Source of the DNA: Octopus bimaculoides
Taxonomy: Eukaryota
Length of the DNA stretch: 64,000 nt
Reading direction: 5' to 3'
Assembly: GCF_001194135.2 (NCBI RefSeq)
Contig: NC_068990.1
Coordinates: 4,775,973-4,839,972, forward strand
Below, piece after piece: positions 11,494 to 24,046 of the stretch. A model generated the notes under the pieces. The model searched no databases. It was not told the origin of the DNA and worked only from the letters and a program-made list of their open reading frames with translations. Both the position numbers and the translations under genes were made by a program. Numbering within the stretch: position 1 is the first letter of the stretch; each line of letters begins with the position of its first letter.

Positions 11494-12778
11494 TCAGGTC
11501 ATCCGATAAGTTCTGTCTGATTTAACCATTTTTAAAATTGAATGAAATTTAATAGTATTTTAGAATGTCTAATAGAGTTAAAAATTATTTTTATGCATTT
11601 GTGTACATTTAAACTAATTAAATGTACACAATAATTTACAGAATAATAGAATTAAAAATTTTTTGATTAAAACCCTTCTAACGTGGAAGTATCCAAAGAG
11701 TATTTGAGGCAGATAATGATTTATGAGTACAAAAAAGGAAACTCTGCAGCCGAAGTGACTTGAAACATATACTCAGTTTATAGGAAAGAATGCTTGAATG
11801 AAAGAACTTGCAGAAGATGGTTTGCAAAATCCAGAAGTGGAGATTTCAGCCTTGAAGATGAAGATCGAACAGGATGTCCAGTTGGGTTTGGTGATAAGTT
11901 CCTTGAGGCATTACTTGAAGAAAATCCGGCATTATCAGTTGAAGAATTGGCAATAAAGCTTAGTTCAAACCATACTACTGTTCATCGTCATCTTCAACAA
12001 CTTGGAAAGCTTCCTAAACTTGGAAAATGGGTGTCTCATGAATTGTTTGAAAGCAACCACAAATTCCGAGTTGACATCTGCTCTTCTCTCTATTCTCGTG
12101 AACTCATTTCACCCTTTTTGGATAGACTTGTGACTGATGATGAAAAATGGATTTTCTATCAAAATGTTAAACGTCGTAAACAGTGGCTTGGTAAAATGGA
12201 AAATGCTCAACCACAACCAAGAAGGGAACTTCATGGGAAAAGGTTCTTCTCTCTGGGATTGCAAAGGAGTAATTCACTTTGAATTGTTACCACCTAATGC
12301 AACAACCAATGCTCAAGTCTACTGTCAGCAATTAGAGAGTTTGAACCAAACTTTGAAGAAAAAAAGACCCTCTTTAGTGAATCAAAAAGGTGTGATGTTT
12401 CATCAGGACAATACGCGACCCCACACTACAAAGATCACATCACAGAAGATCGAAGAGCTTGTTAGGGAAAAAATTCTTCATCCACCTTATTCTCCCGACC
12501 TTGCTCCTTCAGACTATCATTTGTTTCGTAGTTTACAGAATCATTTAGGGGACATAACTTTCACAAACCAGGAGGAAGTCGAAACTGACATTTCAGAGTT
12601 CTTCGCTTTGAAACCAAAAGAGCTTTACATTGATGGGATTTAAAAGCTTGTAAATAGATGGAAGGAAGTCATAGATAATCAGGGAAAGTACATTGATGAT
12701 TAAATTTCAATTAAGTATAACATTTGATCACTTGTTTTCTTTATTCAAAATTCGGACAGAACTTGTGGGATGAGCTGA
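11494..12778 (+). mobile_element. Full-length mariner DNA transposon (Tc1/mariner, DD34D), 1285 bp
   Basis: Inverted ends atatcaggtcatccgataagttctgtctga (11491-11520) vs reverse complement of 12752-12781, 26/30 identical; TA on both sides (11492-11493, 12779-12780). Confidence 0.95.
11683..12703 (+). pseudogene. Mariner transposase, inactivated
   Basis: WVSHEL (WVPHEL-like), VTDDEKW, HQDNTRPH, HPPYSPDLAPSDYHLF; 34 residues between the 2nd and 3rd D; GTG at the expected start, early TGA, frameshifts near 12245 and 12640. Confidence 0.95.
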
Positions 12779-15357
12779 TATCAATATTGAATAATATCTA
12801 AAGCTTCACTCATGGTTTATAAATTGTTGCATTTCAAATACAAAATATACTTTTCTCATATTGAAAAATATGTATTCAGTTTATTGATGTGTTAATATAG
12901 GAAAATTCAAATTTCTTTTCCTCCCATATGCACTAAAAATTAAAGCAGTGCTATTTCTTAACATGAAAAACTTCCTATCATTACCATTTAGTTTTAATTG
13001 AAGAAATACTAATAAAATATAATATATTCAAAACTTAGAAATCAAAATAATCTCAAGATAACCACAGTTTTATGATAAATTGTTTCAGAGCCATTAGAAC
13101 ATAGAATTCATTGAAAATTTGTGTTGTTTCTGAGAAGATAAATTTATAGAACTATAAAAACAAAATATACTTCAATAAATCTTTTTCTTTTAGCTGCACT
13201 TCTAAATATTTTATCAGTGATCAAACATTTCCTTTCATCATTCTTATATATTAATTTTATAAAAGGAATATATATTTAGCCTTGCTTTTAAAAAAGCCAT
13301 ATATTCTTTAGGGGTTATAATGCCAGAATTATTTTATAGTAAAGCCAAATACATATTCATATATGAAATTTGGTAAATTATTTCTTCTACTATGTCTTAA
13401 ATAAATTTCCACACATGTTGCAAAATATATACCAGTGAATTATTTATTTGGTGTATCAACTGATGTATGAAAACGTCTGAAGATGAATGGATCTAATTTC
13501 ACTGAAACTGAACACAACCTGTTTAAGGTAAAATTTCAATCCTTTGGGTAACAGGCCAGTATGCTGTCTCTGAGCTTCTAATTCCATAGTAGAATATGGT
13601 TAGAAATATAATTCTCACATGGAATTATTTTATTTATATACTTTGCAATATGCTGCATAATTCTCTTCATATTTTTCCTAAATTTTCAAAACTAACAATG
13701 ACTGTTTCATCATCAAAGGGTTCCACAAAAAAAAAAGAGAGCAAAACTCTTATAATGGAGCCTATATGTAGCTGCTCAACACCTGGTATAAATATACAAG
13801 TAAAATCTTCTTTAGATCGCACTTCACCATTTCACGAAAAAAGAATATTATACATTGGATAATATAGTTTGGAAAAGATGTATCTAAAAAGACAAAGAAA
13901 TAATGATAATAATAATAATGGGGAGAGGAAATATTCAACTGCTAGCATTGGCAATGAAATAATCTTCAGTAAGTGACAATAAATTGTAAACTAAATACCA
14001 ATGTTCAGGGAGGAGTTAGCCAACAATTTGTATTTACTGTTAAGTGCCAGGAACAAATGTTCCAGGCTTATGCTGCAAGAGCGGTGAGATTAAAATGGTT
14101 AATGCTATTCTTGGACAGATGCAATTTAATGACTGCAGAAAAAAACCCCAAAAAACATGGACACAACGAGGGAATTTCAGTTGGCCAATGTTCTCAGAGG
14201 AAGGACTGGAGATAGTTGTTAATTCAGGGCTTCAGTGAGGAGGGAACACAATATGGGTGATGAGTATATTCGATAAGTGTGCTCAAAGGGTTTGAGTGGA
14301 GGTGGAACTAAATCAACCAGCACAGAGAAGCAAACATCTTTATAATTGCAGTAAAAGAGGCAAAGTGAAATGATGGCACATCTGTAGGCCACCCTACTAA
14401 TCAGCAGCTTTATGCCAGTCAGAAGATAGCTTACAACACCATCCTAAAAGTAGGAGTAGCATTCTATTGTGAGGTTAGTAGCAGCTGTTGGGCTAAAGCA
14501 TTTTCTTACTTTGTAAAAAGCGACCAGTATCTTTGTGCTGCAGCCTTTGCTATTTGGAGAATGTGCATTTGACATAAGAAAGACTCATTAATGGTGAAAT
14601 CTAGCATTTGAAACTTCCCGTTTGCAAACTGGATTTATGCTGCTCATATTTGGAGCTGTTGGGGTATGGTAATGTTTATTTGATGCATGTAATGATTGTG
14701 ACTGTTGAAGATAACAAGATTGGGATGAGCTGGCTGGAAGACCTTAAACATTGAGTCCATGCTGGTTTAGCAGGAGATGTCTAGGTTGCATGTAGATGAT
14801 GCTTCAGTGAAAGTTAGGGAAGAATGAATGGTTATATCCCATAAGTGAAAACGAGCTTTGTTGGAGTTGATAGCTTGCTTTATAGTAGCATGGTGGCATT
14901 GATATATATAGTAGGAAGAGTGTGATGACAAAACTGAACTTTGGGGTACCAGAGTTGCTAAAGTATAGTATAGAAAGAGCTCCCTCAGCACAAGCTGTGA
15001 TAGTCAAAGACATAGAATGGGGTGGAGCTACAATCCATAGGTGGACAATGTTTTCAGATATAGTTAAATGCTTTTCTGATATTAAGCACATAAAGAAAGT
15101 TTTCACCAAATTTCCCTAGGCAAGTAGATTTCAAGTAAACCTGGTTTTAAGGAAGCCGTACTGGTGGTCATTAGGGAGGGAAAGAGATTGAATGTTTTAG
15201 AGAAGGTGGTTATAAATAGCTGTCTCCATCACATTCAAGATGCTGGGAGTGAGAATAATGGGATGATAGTTGGCAGTGTCAGAAGAGCTGTCCTCATTGG
15301 GAATGAGGTATACTGTAACATGTTTCAAAAAATAAGGATAAATCCTTGCGCACAAAA

Positions 15358-15386
15358 AGAAGAGAGAGAGAGGGGGGAGGGAGGGG

Positions 15387-15448
<62 letters not shown>

Positions 15449-15482
15449 GAGAGAGAGAGCGAGGAACAGACTGTGAGAGAAA
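15358..15482. repeat. (GA)n/(GACA)n microsatellite interrupting the LINE RT region
   Basis: Direct reading. Confidence 0.9.
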
Positions 15483-15590
15483 CAGAAAAGTTGAAGAGTT
15501 TCAGGAAGATGAAATCTAGGATTATTTGGGGGTAGAATAAGGGATATTGCCAAGCCTTGTTGATTTGATATCCTTAGAAGTACTTTCATA

Positions 15591-15612
15591 CATGGCACAC
15601 ATGTGTGCCATG
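15591..15612. repeat. Perfect 22-bp palindrome
   Basis: catggcacacatgtgtgccatg equals its own reverse complement. Confidence 0.95.
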
Positions 15613-15644
15613 ACCAGGGATAGTTTCACAGGAAATTTACAGGA

Positions 15645-15805
15645 AATAATTGTTCTGTTGGCAGTATTCTTATGGAGAATATGTCTATATTTACTTCATA
15701 CTTTGTATCTAACTGCCTACTGCACACCAGTAGGCAGTTAGATACAAAGTATGAAGTAAATATAGACATATTCTCCATAAGAATACTGCCAACAGAACAA
15801 TTATT
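15645..15805. repeat. Perfect inverted repeat, 78-bp arms, 5-nt loop (cacac)
   Basis: 15645-15722 is the exact reverse complement of 15728-15805, checked base by base; also seen as mirror ORFs in the track. Confidence 0.97.
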
Positions 15806-17213
15806 ATTTACACATAGAAGGAAAAAGACATCCACAGAGCAGGTAGAGATTCTTTTGGCAAGATACAAAAAAGGACCAGTCCAAATTTGGGAGACAGTAG
15901 TGTTTATGGAATGTGTGATGCATGGAAGTATCCTGTGTATTTTGGATGATGATCATACTGGAGGAAAGTGTTCTGCATAAACTGTTCAGTTTCAAGAAGT
16001 GGGTAATCTTCTCCAAGCATTGTATGACATATTTTCTTTTGCCTGAACTACTTCAGTGCAGCTATGAGAAAAAACTCTTAAGGGATTTGTGGTAATGAGT
16101 TTTTCTTAAGTGTTGGATGTAGAGAGACATGCACAAACAGATGCTTTTATTCAGCCACCTAACAGTTTCTGGTGTGTCATGGGTAAAACACATTTACTGC
16201 CAAGGATAGTCAGAATAGAATTAATAGAGATCAAAGTAGTGCAATAGGGTCCCGGAGGTGAGAGTAGAGCATAGTATCATATATGAATGGATGGTGGGCT
16301 GTGAAAATAAAACAGCAGTGGTCAGACAGCCTTGACAGATGCAGAGGTGGTAAGGATCTTGTTGAGATAGATTTGGTGTTGGTCAGAGATGTGTGTATGG
16401 AATGAAACTAACTGATGTTAAAAGATAAAGATTGCAGAAGAATTGAATTCTACACAGGCAGCATCAGTGTAAAATGAGTGTGAAAGCCAAGAGTTGTGAG
16501 TGCTGAAGTCACTAAAGATGATGACTTCAGAGAGGTGTAAGGTAATGCATATGAAGTCAATGCAAGAAGAGATATGGTCAAAGAGTTGTGGATGATTGGA
16601 GGAATTTATAGAGGGAAAACATATAATGTATTGGTGTTCTATGAGGTCAAGTTCTGTGCAAGTCTGGTACAAACACTTACAACAAAGTAAATCCTTTAAA
16701 AGACTCATGAGCCAGTAGGTGCTATTAACTAGGGCTATGTGATTCACTGACAACTACCCACTAAAATATACAAAAAACAAGTAGAGTACATATAACAACA
16801 CCACATTAAACAATGTGAAATCAGGTAGAATAAGAGTGCACACACACACACACGTGTGTGTATATATTTTAGGTACAGCATATAAATCAACCGTTTTATT
16901 TACTCTATGCAATATTAGCCATCAGTGAATCAACTAACAGATTCTAGAACAAAATGAGAATGCTAAATTATCCATCAAATATTGGTGTTGCTGAGTGCTT
17001 TTTATCCCTAACTAATTCACAGTTGAGTAGGCCTATGATCAAAGACATCCTAGTGTTAATTACCCTGTCTTTTTAAGACATTAGTGAGTCATTCAACGGA
17101 ATTCAGTTGCTATTTATAGCATGCTAAATGATTATAAAGATGCCTGAAAATGACATCCCTCTGTTTGATAAATACAGTCACAGCTGTAAGAAGATGATTA
17201 GAAATATATTTGT

Positions 17214-17275
17214 TCAACCCATACTAGCATGAAACATGAATCTTAAATGATGATGATGATGATGACAATGATGAT
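17214..17275 (+). mobile_element. Extreme 3' stub of an RTE-tailed element with (GAT)n tail
   Basis: tcaacccatactagcatgaaa...ttaaatgatgatgatg resembles the family C terminus. Confidence 0.55.
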
Positions 17276-19887
17276 AAATCCATTGGAATACTATTCTTTG
17301 GCCTAACTCTATAGTACATCACTTATTAAAAAAAAAAAATGAAAGCAAGGCATTAAGGATTTACTTTGTCATATTATTGATAAGATTTTGGGTTATGCCA
17401 GTTTAGTTCAGACAAGTTCTCACCTGATGGTTCTTGTTTTTTACTCAACCTAAGATTAGAAAATGGTGTGGAAAATTATATCTTTATCCTGTGGTCATCT
17501 TATCAATGCCTTTCTAGAATTCAGAGAAGCCTGGCAGAGAGTGTGCTCCCACCTAGGTAGCTTTGATAAATGAACACAGTTGTTTGTTCTTGTCTTTCAA
17601 AAGGCTATAATAGTCATTTTTTTAAAATACAAGATAAACCTTTTCATCTTTAGTTGATTTGCATTAAGTACAATATATTTAAAAGCTAATGATATCTGAC
17701 ATCATTGCTCCTCATGAGAATACTGTGATCTTAGGTGATTATAATCTCATTAGCTCTTTAAACACAAGTAACATTAAAATTTATTTGGGATTCTCAACTG
17801 AAGTCTCTTGTAGGAAGAAGCCTAGGTGACACCAGCTAATCTGTACTTTATATTTTTGCATCATTTGAGGGAAAAAACTGAAGAACTTAAAATATAAAAA
17901 GTTTAATACCAAGTTCTTTGACTCGTACTTGGTTGAATTTGGGGAATTGGAGATTTATATGAATATGATCCATGTAAAAGTAAGGAATGTGTTAAGGACT
18001 TTTAATATAAGCATTATTAGATATATATTTGAAAATGACAAGTGAAAATGAAAAAAAAACAACAGTGAACTTAGTAACAAGGAACCCAATGCATTGAAGG
18101 CAAGCAAAAGATTTGTGAATCAATTCTTGTTAGTGGGTCTGTTGTTCAAAATATTTACAATGAATAACATTTCATAAACGTGTGTGTATGTATTTACATG
18201 TTTGAATATATATTTAAGTGCATGTATGGGTGTGAGTTTATATGTATATATGTTTGTATACATGTGTGTCAATTTCAATTACTTAAAGTGAATGTTTTTT
18301 GTTGCATTAGGTTCCAGACATTTAAGTATTTTTCTTTTCATATTCCAATATGTTATAAAGTATTTGTGTCATAAAATATGTAGAGGTGACTGGAGGAAGA
18401 GGAGGAGGATACTGTTAGCATCAGTTTACCATTATCTTTAAAACATATTCATGAAAAATTCCTTGCAATACCAAGTTGATCAATTATAGATGATTAATTC
18501 TGAAATATAAGATCTTACATTTGCAAGAGGATTTTTTTTTAGATTACCAGTAAAAATACTGTTTTAAAGATTAAACAGATCTTCACTTTAGAAATGTCTA
18601 AAAAGCTGTAAAATGACAAGGAAGAAAAAAAGAAATGTAAAAGTGATAAAGTGAAAATAACAAAAAGTTGAATAGATGAATAAAGAGTGAAGTGAAAAAG
18701 TTTTCAACTTTGAGTAGTGAAATAATAATTGAAGCAAATGCTATTAAGGTAAAAATATAAGTATATCAGGCTGAAATCTTTATCGGATATGAAATATTTC
18801 CTGTAAGCATGTTCTTGTATAATTCTGAAACTAAGAGTAAATATATATATATATAAAAAAAATTTTAAATATGACAAGAAAGGATGTTAATGTAAGTACT
18901 GATGAAAGTGTTGTTAATAATGTATAGCATGTCAGAAATCAATAATGCATAACAAAACTAGTAATATTTTTTAGGATATTATTAACTATAAAGTTCAGAT
19001 GATGCTACAGTTGAAAATATGAAATGTGCATTGTATTCGTAAGCATGGCAAATTGCTATACTTCCTTAATCTTCATTCTGATTTAAGATATTTGTGAATT
19101 AAGGAAGGTCTGGGGAAAATCATTAGAATTTATTTGTGGCACAAATAAATCCTAGTATTGGTGATGGATATGAGTTAATAATATTGAATAATATTGATTT
19201 ATGACTTTGGTAAAACCCAAAACTTTGTGAAAGAACTATATATATATTGTCACAGAACTAAGCTTGTACTATATTTATCACAGGTGGATGAAAGTCAAAG
19301 TCAATGCAACCTCTCAATGATCAAAATAAAATACATAAAGGAACAAAAAAAAAACGTGGTAGATAAAGTTTTCAATTGATAACCTACTGACAAATAAAAT
19401 ATGCTAACCATTTTTATATTATCTGGATTACTTATATTGTTTGGAAAGAAAGAATGCTATGCATTCTGAGAATTTGAACCTGCCAGTAAACTACATATCT
19501 ATCTATCTGTCTGTCTGTCTGTATGTATGTCTGTCTGTCACTATATTATATATAAATATATTTATCAACCTATCTCTATATCTATAATTATATATATATA
19601 TGTGCATGTATAATTGTTAAAGAGGACAACAAACATTAAGGCAAGGCAAGCCCTAGTAATCTATTACAGCACTTACCTAGTGTACCTAATCATTTAGATC
19701 ACCTGTGAACTAAACCCCTATACTTTGTATATTTGCATGCATGTATGTGCGCAAATGGAGAGAGAAGAAATATATTCAAGAATGACCCAAGACAAGAAGG
19801 CTTTGAAGGAATGATATGTTGACCAGAGAAACTGACCACAACACTCAGAGTCATAATTTTATACATGCGCTTGCAGATGTAAGGTCA

Positions 19888-20058
19888 CACACACACACAC
19901 ACACACATGACAGTTTTTCAGTCTTCCAAATCCATTCACAAAGCTTTGATCAGCCATGGGCTATAGTAGAAAGCATTTGTCAAACGTGAAGCACAGTGGG
20001 AATGAACTCAAAATCATATGGTTGAGAAGCAAATCTCTCAGTCACATAGCCATGACTT
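19888..20058 (-). mobile_element. CORE-type SINE family B, 5' portion
   Basis: aaatccattcacaaagctttg...ggctatagtaga...atggttgagaagcaa matches 39780-39936. Confidence 0.75.
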
Positions 20059-20089
20059 GACCTATAATATATATGTGTGTGTTAGTGAA

Positions 20090-20139
<50 letters not shown>

Positions 20140-21436
20140 GGAGGAGGCAAAGCATAAAAGATTTTGATAAATAAAGGAATGGGAGGCACAGTATATATAG
20201 TGAGTAGAATATGTACTTAGTATTCATTTTGCTTTTGTTAGGACCAAAAGTTGTGTTGTATGCTGAAATGATTTGAAATCAGGAGCAAAAATATTAAACT
20301 GGAGCAGCAACATCTTGAATGTAGATAATATAATTTTTTAACATCATAATACCCAAAATCAAATGTATCTTTAGTATTTATATAAAAAAATAGTATCTCA
20401 AGAAGATACTTTTTTCATAGAAAAGGATCTCATAAAGATATTTAGATATAACTTCATAAAACTTTTGTAAAAAATTTTTTATAGCTGTGATTACAATTTG
20501 ATAAAAACAATTTTTAGTTAGATATAAACTATTTACATTAGAGACAAAACTGTGTATTGTAACAGAAACCACTTTTGTGTTCCCTACTTTATTGTTTAAT
20601 ACAAAGCTAAATGGAAATATAAAAGTATTTTTGGACAACATTGTTATACTGCTGATATATCTTTATTTGGCAACTGCACCATGCAATACTTATGTTTAAC
20701 TTACTTGGAAACAGTATCAGCTCTTAGCTTACATGTCTAATTATCAAGACTCAGTTGGCAGATGATTTTAACTAAACTTCCTTCTTTAATCATATCTACA
20801 ATAGCCTAAGTCATACTTTAACATTCTATCATCACTGACATTGTCCAACTCTGAAAACAGACTTGATTCAAATTCAAATTCTCGCAAATATATTAACATA
20901 ACAGACATAGCACATTCAGTGACACATTCACTTTCATCCCTCACTCTTACATAAGTCAAGAGTCAAACAACTGAAATCAGTTTCTGAATAATTCCAACAC
21001 CTCTGTACAACAGATAAGTTTTAAAAAAAGCATGAATTTCAGTAACTGTCACACACTGAGACCACCTATTTCTAGCTAATGCAGAAAAAAAATTTAACAT
21101 AAAATCTTTTTCTCACTACACATGCCTTAGTAAAACCTATCTTCACTGTTTCTTTTCTCATTTATTTAAACCAGACTGTTCTCTTCTAAAGGCAGTAACA
21201 CTTCCACCTGATATAATCATGATGATTACAAAATTTATTTTTAACATATTCATTCTATTTAATGTCTTTTCTCTCTCGTTTTTTTTTTTTTTTAGAATAA
21301 TGTATGTAATTATTCAGAACTATAAAGAGTGGTAGAGAATGCTAAGTGTAATTCTTCTGTAGAAATATTTATTTTTCAGTAAATATATATCAAAAATAAA
21401 CATACGTGTGCATGCTCAAACACATACACAGGTTGT

Positions 21437-21482
21437 TAATTTTATGAGTGTATATTTCATAATTTTATGAGTGTATATTTCA
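21437..21482. repeat. Perfect 23-bp tandem duplication
   Basis: taattttatgagtgtatatttca x2. Confidence 0.9.
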
Positions 21483-22640
21483 TATACTACTTTCTGTATG
21501 CATATATATTTGTAACAATAAGTCATAGACTTATTCTAGAGCAAAATATTGTCCACCTGTATATGAATGTTGTTTATAAGTGTGAGTAAATGTAGTGCCT
21601 CCTCTATTCAGTGTACAATGCTGTATGTATGATTAAGGACAGTAGGGAATCTCTCCCATACAGTGTACTAAACGTGTGTAACTAAGAAGTACATTGGACA
21701 TGACTGATCTCATCTCTCTGGCATTCACCATCATTCCTGTTCACTGTACCAAGTTAACTGCAAAATGAGGGACAAAACTGAACCTATCCATATTCAATCC
21801 TTACTTGACACCATCTTATCACTCTTCCTCTCCCAACATGAGGTTTTTGTATAAGGCATTGCATCAAAAGATTGTACCCATTACAACTTCTTACATCCTT
21901 TCTGTCTATCAACTATCACTCTTCTCCAAGATCGAGTTATCGATATTCATCACTTTCTGTAACCATTGTACATCTCTATTACATTCCATAACACCTCTCT
22001 CTCTCTCTCTGACAACCTCTTGGGCAATGGTGCAACAATAAAATGCACCAAGTACACTGTGAAGTATTGGAAAGCACACATAAAATGGTAATGATGATAG
22101 TGAGGAAGGAAGGCATAAAATTCAGAACTACGAGAGCATTCTTATCCAGAGAGATGATGTAACTCATATGAAATATTGTGTGTGTGTGTGTGTGTGTATG
22201 TGTGAAAACATACAGATACAATAATTTCTGTGCGATTATTATATATAATTTACATGATTTTCAAACTTTGGGTTGGCAGATTATTCAGTTCCAGGCAGAT
22301 CTAGGTCAGGAAAGAAAAAAAGCTACTTAATACTGACAAAAAGGAAACTGTTTTAAGCAGTTTTGTTCATTCTTAAAGATTCAGATTTAGAAATGACAAC
22401 AATTTAACTGTAGATCAATAACCTTTTAACAAACATTTTAGATATGTCTGTTTATAAATGTGTTTGTTTTTATATGATAATAGGAAAGAGTAAGTTGAGT
22501 ATGTACAATATGTTAATTATCATAATTTTATTAATTATTGAATTCATAGTACTGACCTAGAAGACCTTGTATTTAGTTGTGTCCCTTTATATTCTAAGTT
22601 CAAGTCCTACTAAGCTTAATACTAACTTTTATTTCTGTAG

Positions 22641-22689
22641 GTTGTTGTTTAGCACAAATTCATCTCTAATAAAACAGATCTTTAAGAAG
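22641..22689 (+). CDS. Candidate 49-nt internal coding exon of an unidentified host gene (xLLFSTNSSLIKQIFKK)
   Basis: Perfect TACTAAC branch site (22620-22626), pyrimidine tract, ctgtAG acceptor, AAG|gtaggt donor; only one of three frames is open. Confidence 0.45.
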
Positions 22690-23342
22690 GTAGGTTCCTC
22701 AGAGGTAAATATAAAATATACTTTGCAAGTAATGGAGTTGATTCAATTAATTAAGCTCTGTTCTCACCTCTAAAAACGTCAGGCCTTGTATTAACATAAG
22801 TAATCATTATATATGACAATAAAAGCTAAAAATCATTTGATGTTTTAATTTAATCAGCTATAAAATGGACCTGTGTAACAATAAGTTATCAATTACAGTC
22901 ACTAAGGTTAATTACTTAAAACTTAGTTGTTTTTAAGTTAAAAAACACAAGAAAAAAACAAAAACAAATAATCGAATTAACTGCAGATCAATAACGTTTT
23001 GTATCTGATATTAAAAACTGAAAGTACCGCATATTCACCTGAATTCTCTAAGAGTGGACATTATCTTTTCACTTTTTCTTAAACTAGTTTTGTTGAATAT
23101 ACCAACTCCTTGTATATTCTATAACATGTGCAATTGAATTATACTTTCATTATCTTGGTCAACTTTGGCAGTTTAACATACCATAATTCATATGATATTT
23201 ATATAGCTGTCCATTTTAATTAGTTATATGAAGGAATATCAAATTATTAATTCAGTTTAAGTAGATATTCACATGAACCAAGAGAAAATGTGTTGAATTT
23301 CTGAAGTTGTTTTAATTGTTTGCAGTTGAGAATCTATGTAGC

Positions 23343-24046
23343 ATAGTTGTACATAAGAGAATAGTTGTACATAAGGGAATAGTTGTACATAAGGGAATAG
23401 TTGTACATAAGTGAATAGTTGTACATAAGGGAATAGTTGTACATAAGGGAATAGTTGTACATAAGGGAATAGTTGTACATAAGGGAATAGTTGTACATAA
23501 GNNNNNNNNNNNNNNNNNNNNNNNNNNNNNNNNNNNNNNNNNNNNNNNNNNNNNNNNNNNNNNNNNNNNNNNNNNNNNNNNNNNNNNNNNNNNNNNNNNN
23601 NNNNNNNNNNNNNNNNNNNNNNNNNNNNNNNNNNNNNNNNNNNNNNNNNNNNNNNNNNNNNNNNNNNNNNNNNNNNNNNNNNNNNNNNNNNNNNNNNNNN
23701 NNNNNNNNNNNNNNNNNNNNNNNNNNNNNNNNNNNNNNNNNNNNNNNNNNNNNNNNNNNNNNNNNNNNNNNNNNNNNNNNNNNNNNNNNNNNNNNNNNNN
23801 NNNNNNNNNNNNNNNNNNNNNNNNNNNNNNNNNNNNNNNNNNNNNNNNNNNNNNNNNNNNNNNNNNNNNNNNNNNNNNNNNNNNNNNNNNACATAAGGGA
23901 ATAGTTGTACATAAGGGAATAGTTGTACATCAGGGAATAGTTGTACATAAGTGAATAGTTGTACATAAGGGAATAGTTGTACATAAGTGAATAGTTGTAC
24001 ATAAGGGAATAGTTGTACATAAGTGAATAGTTGTACATAAGTGAAT
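23343..24046. repeat. 18-bp minisatellite AATAGTTGTACATAAG(G/T)G spanning an assembly gap
   Basis: About 9 units before and about 8 after the 389-N gap; the true copy number is unknown. Confidence 0.95.

Larger units (their letters stand above)
13970..16760 (-). mobile_element. Heavily decayed CR1/Jockey-like LINE (APE endonuclease plus RT)
   Basis: Minus-strand motifs IIFSDFSTHNSWL (GDFNxH-like), LTQLVSFHT, ANYHPIILT...METAIYNHLL, NDHQYGF, VLNIRKAFN (LDISKAFD-like), NSGTPKFSFVITLFLLYI (GVPQGS-like). Confidence 0.75.

Noticed and set aside
11794-12643. SETMAR-like host gene
   Set aside because: No SET domain; flanked by TIRs and broken by stops and frameshifts, so it is a transposon copy
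13477-13510. CTGAAGA...GAAA hammerhead-like motif
   Set aside because: No UH triplet with closing stems I and III
13596-13975. About 125-codon frame with a single internal stop
   Set aside because: No recognisable motifs; low-complexity AT-rich composition
17330-17770. CR1-like motifs (FLEFREAWQRV, VILGDYN) on the + strand; similar faint RT traces at 21650-22000 (-)
   Set aside because: Plausible ancient LINE debris, but too fragmentary to support boundaries
22400-23000. About 25-bp motif aactg(t/c)agatcaataac repeated at about 22405 and 22978
   Set aside because: Similarity does not extend into the flanks; may be chance in AT-rich DNA
23343-24046. 18-bp array as a CRISPR array or a repeat-protein CDS
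   Set aside because: No unique spacers, eukaryotic context, no cas genes, and no splice or start context for the (LMYNYS)n frame
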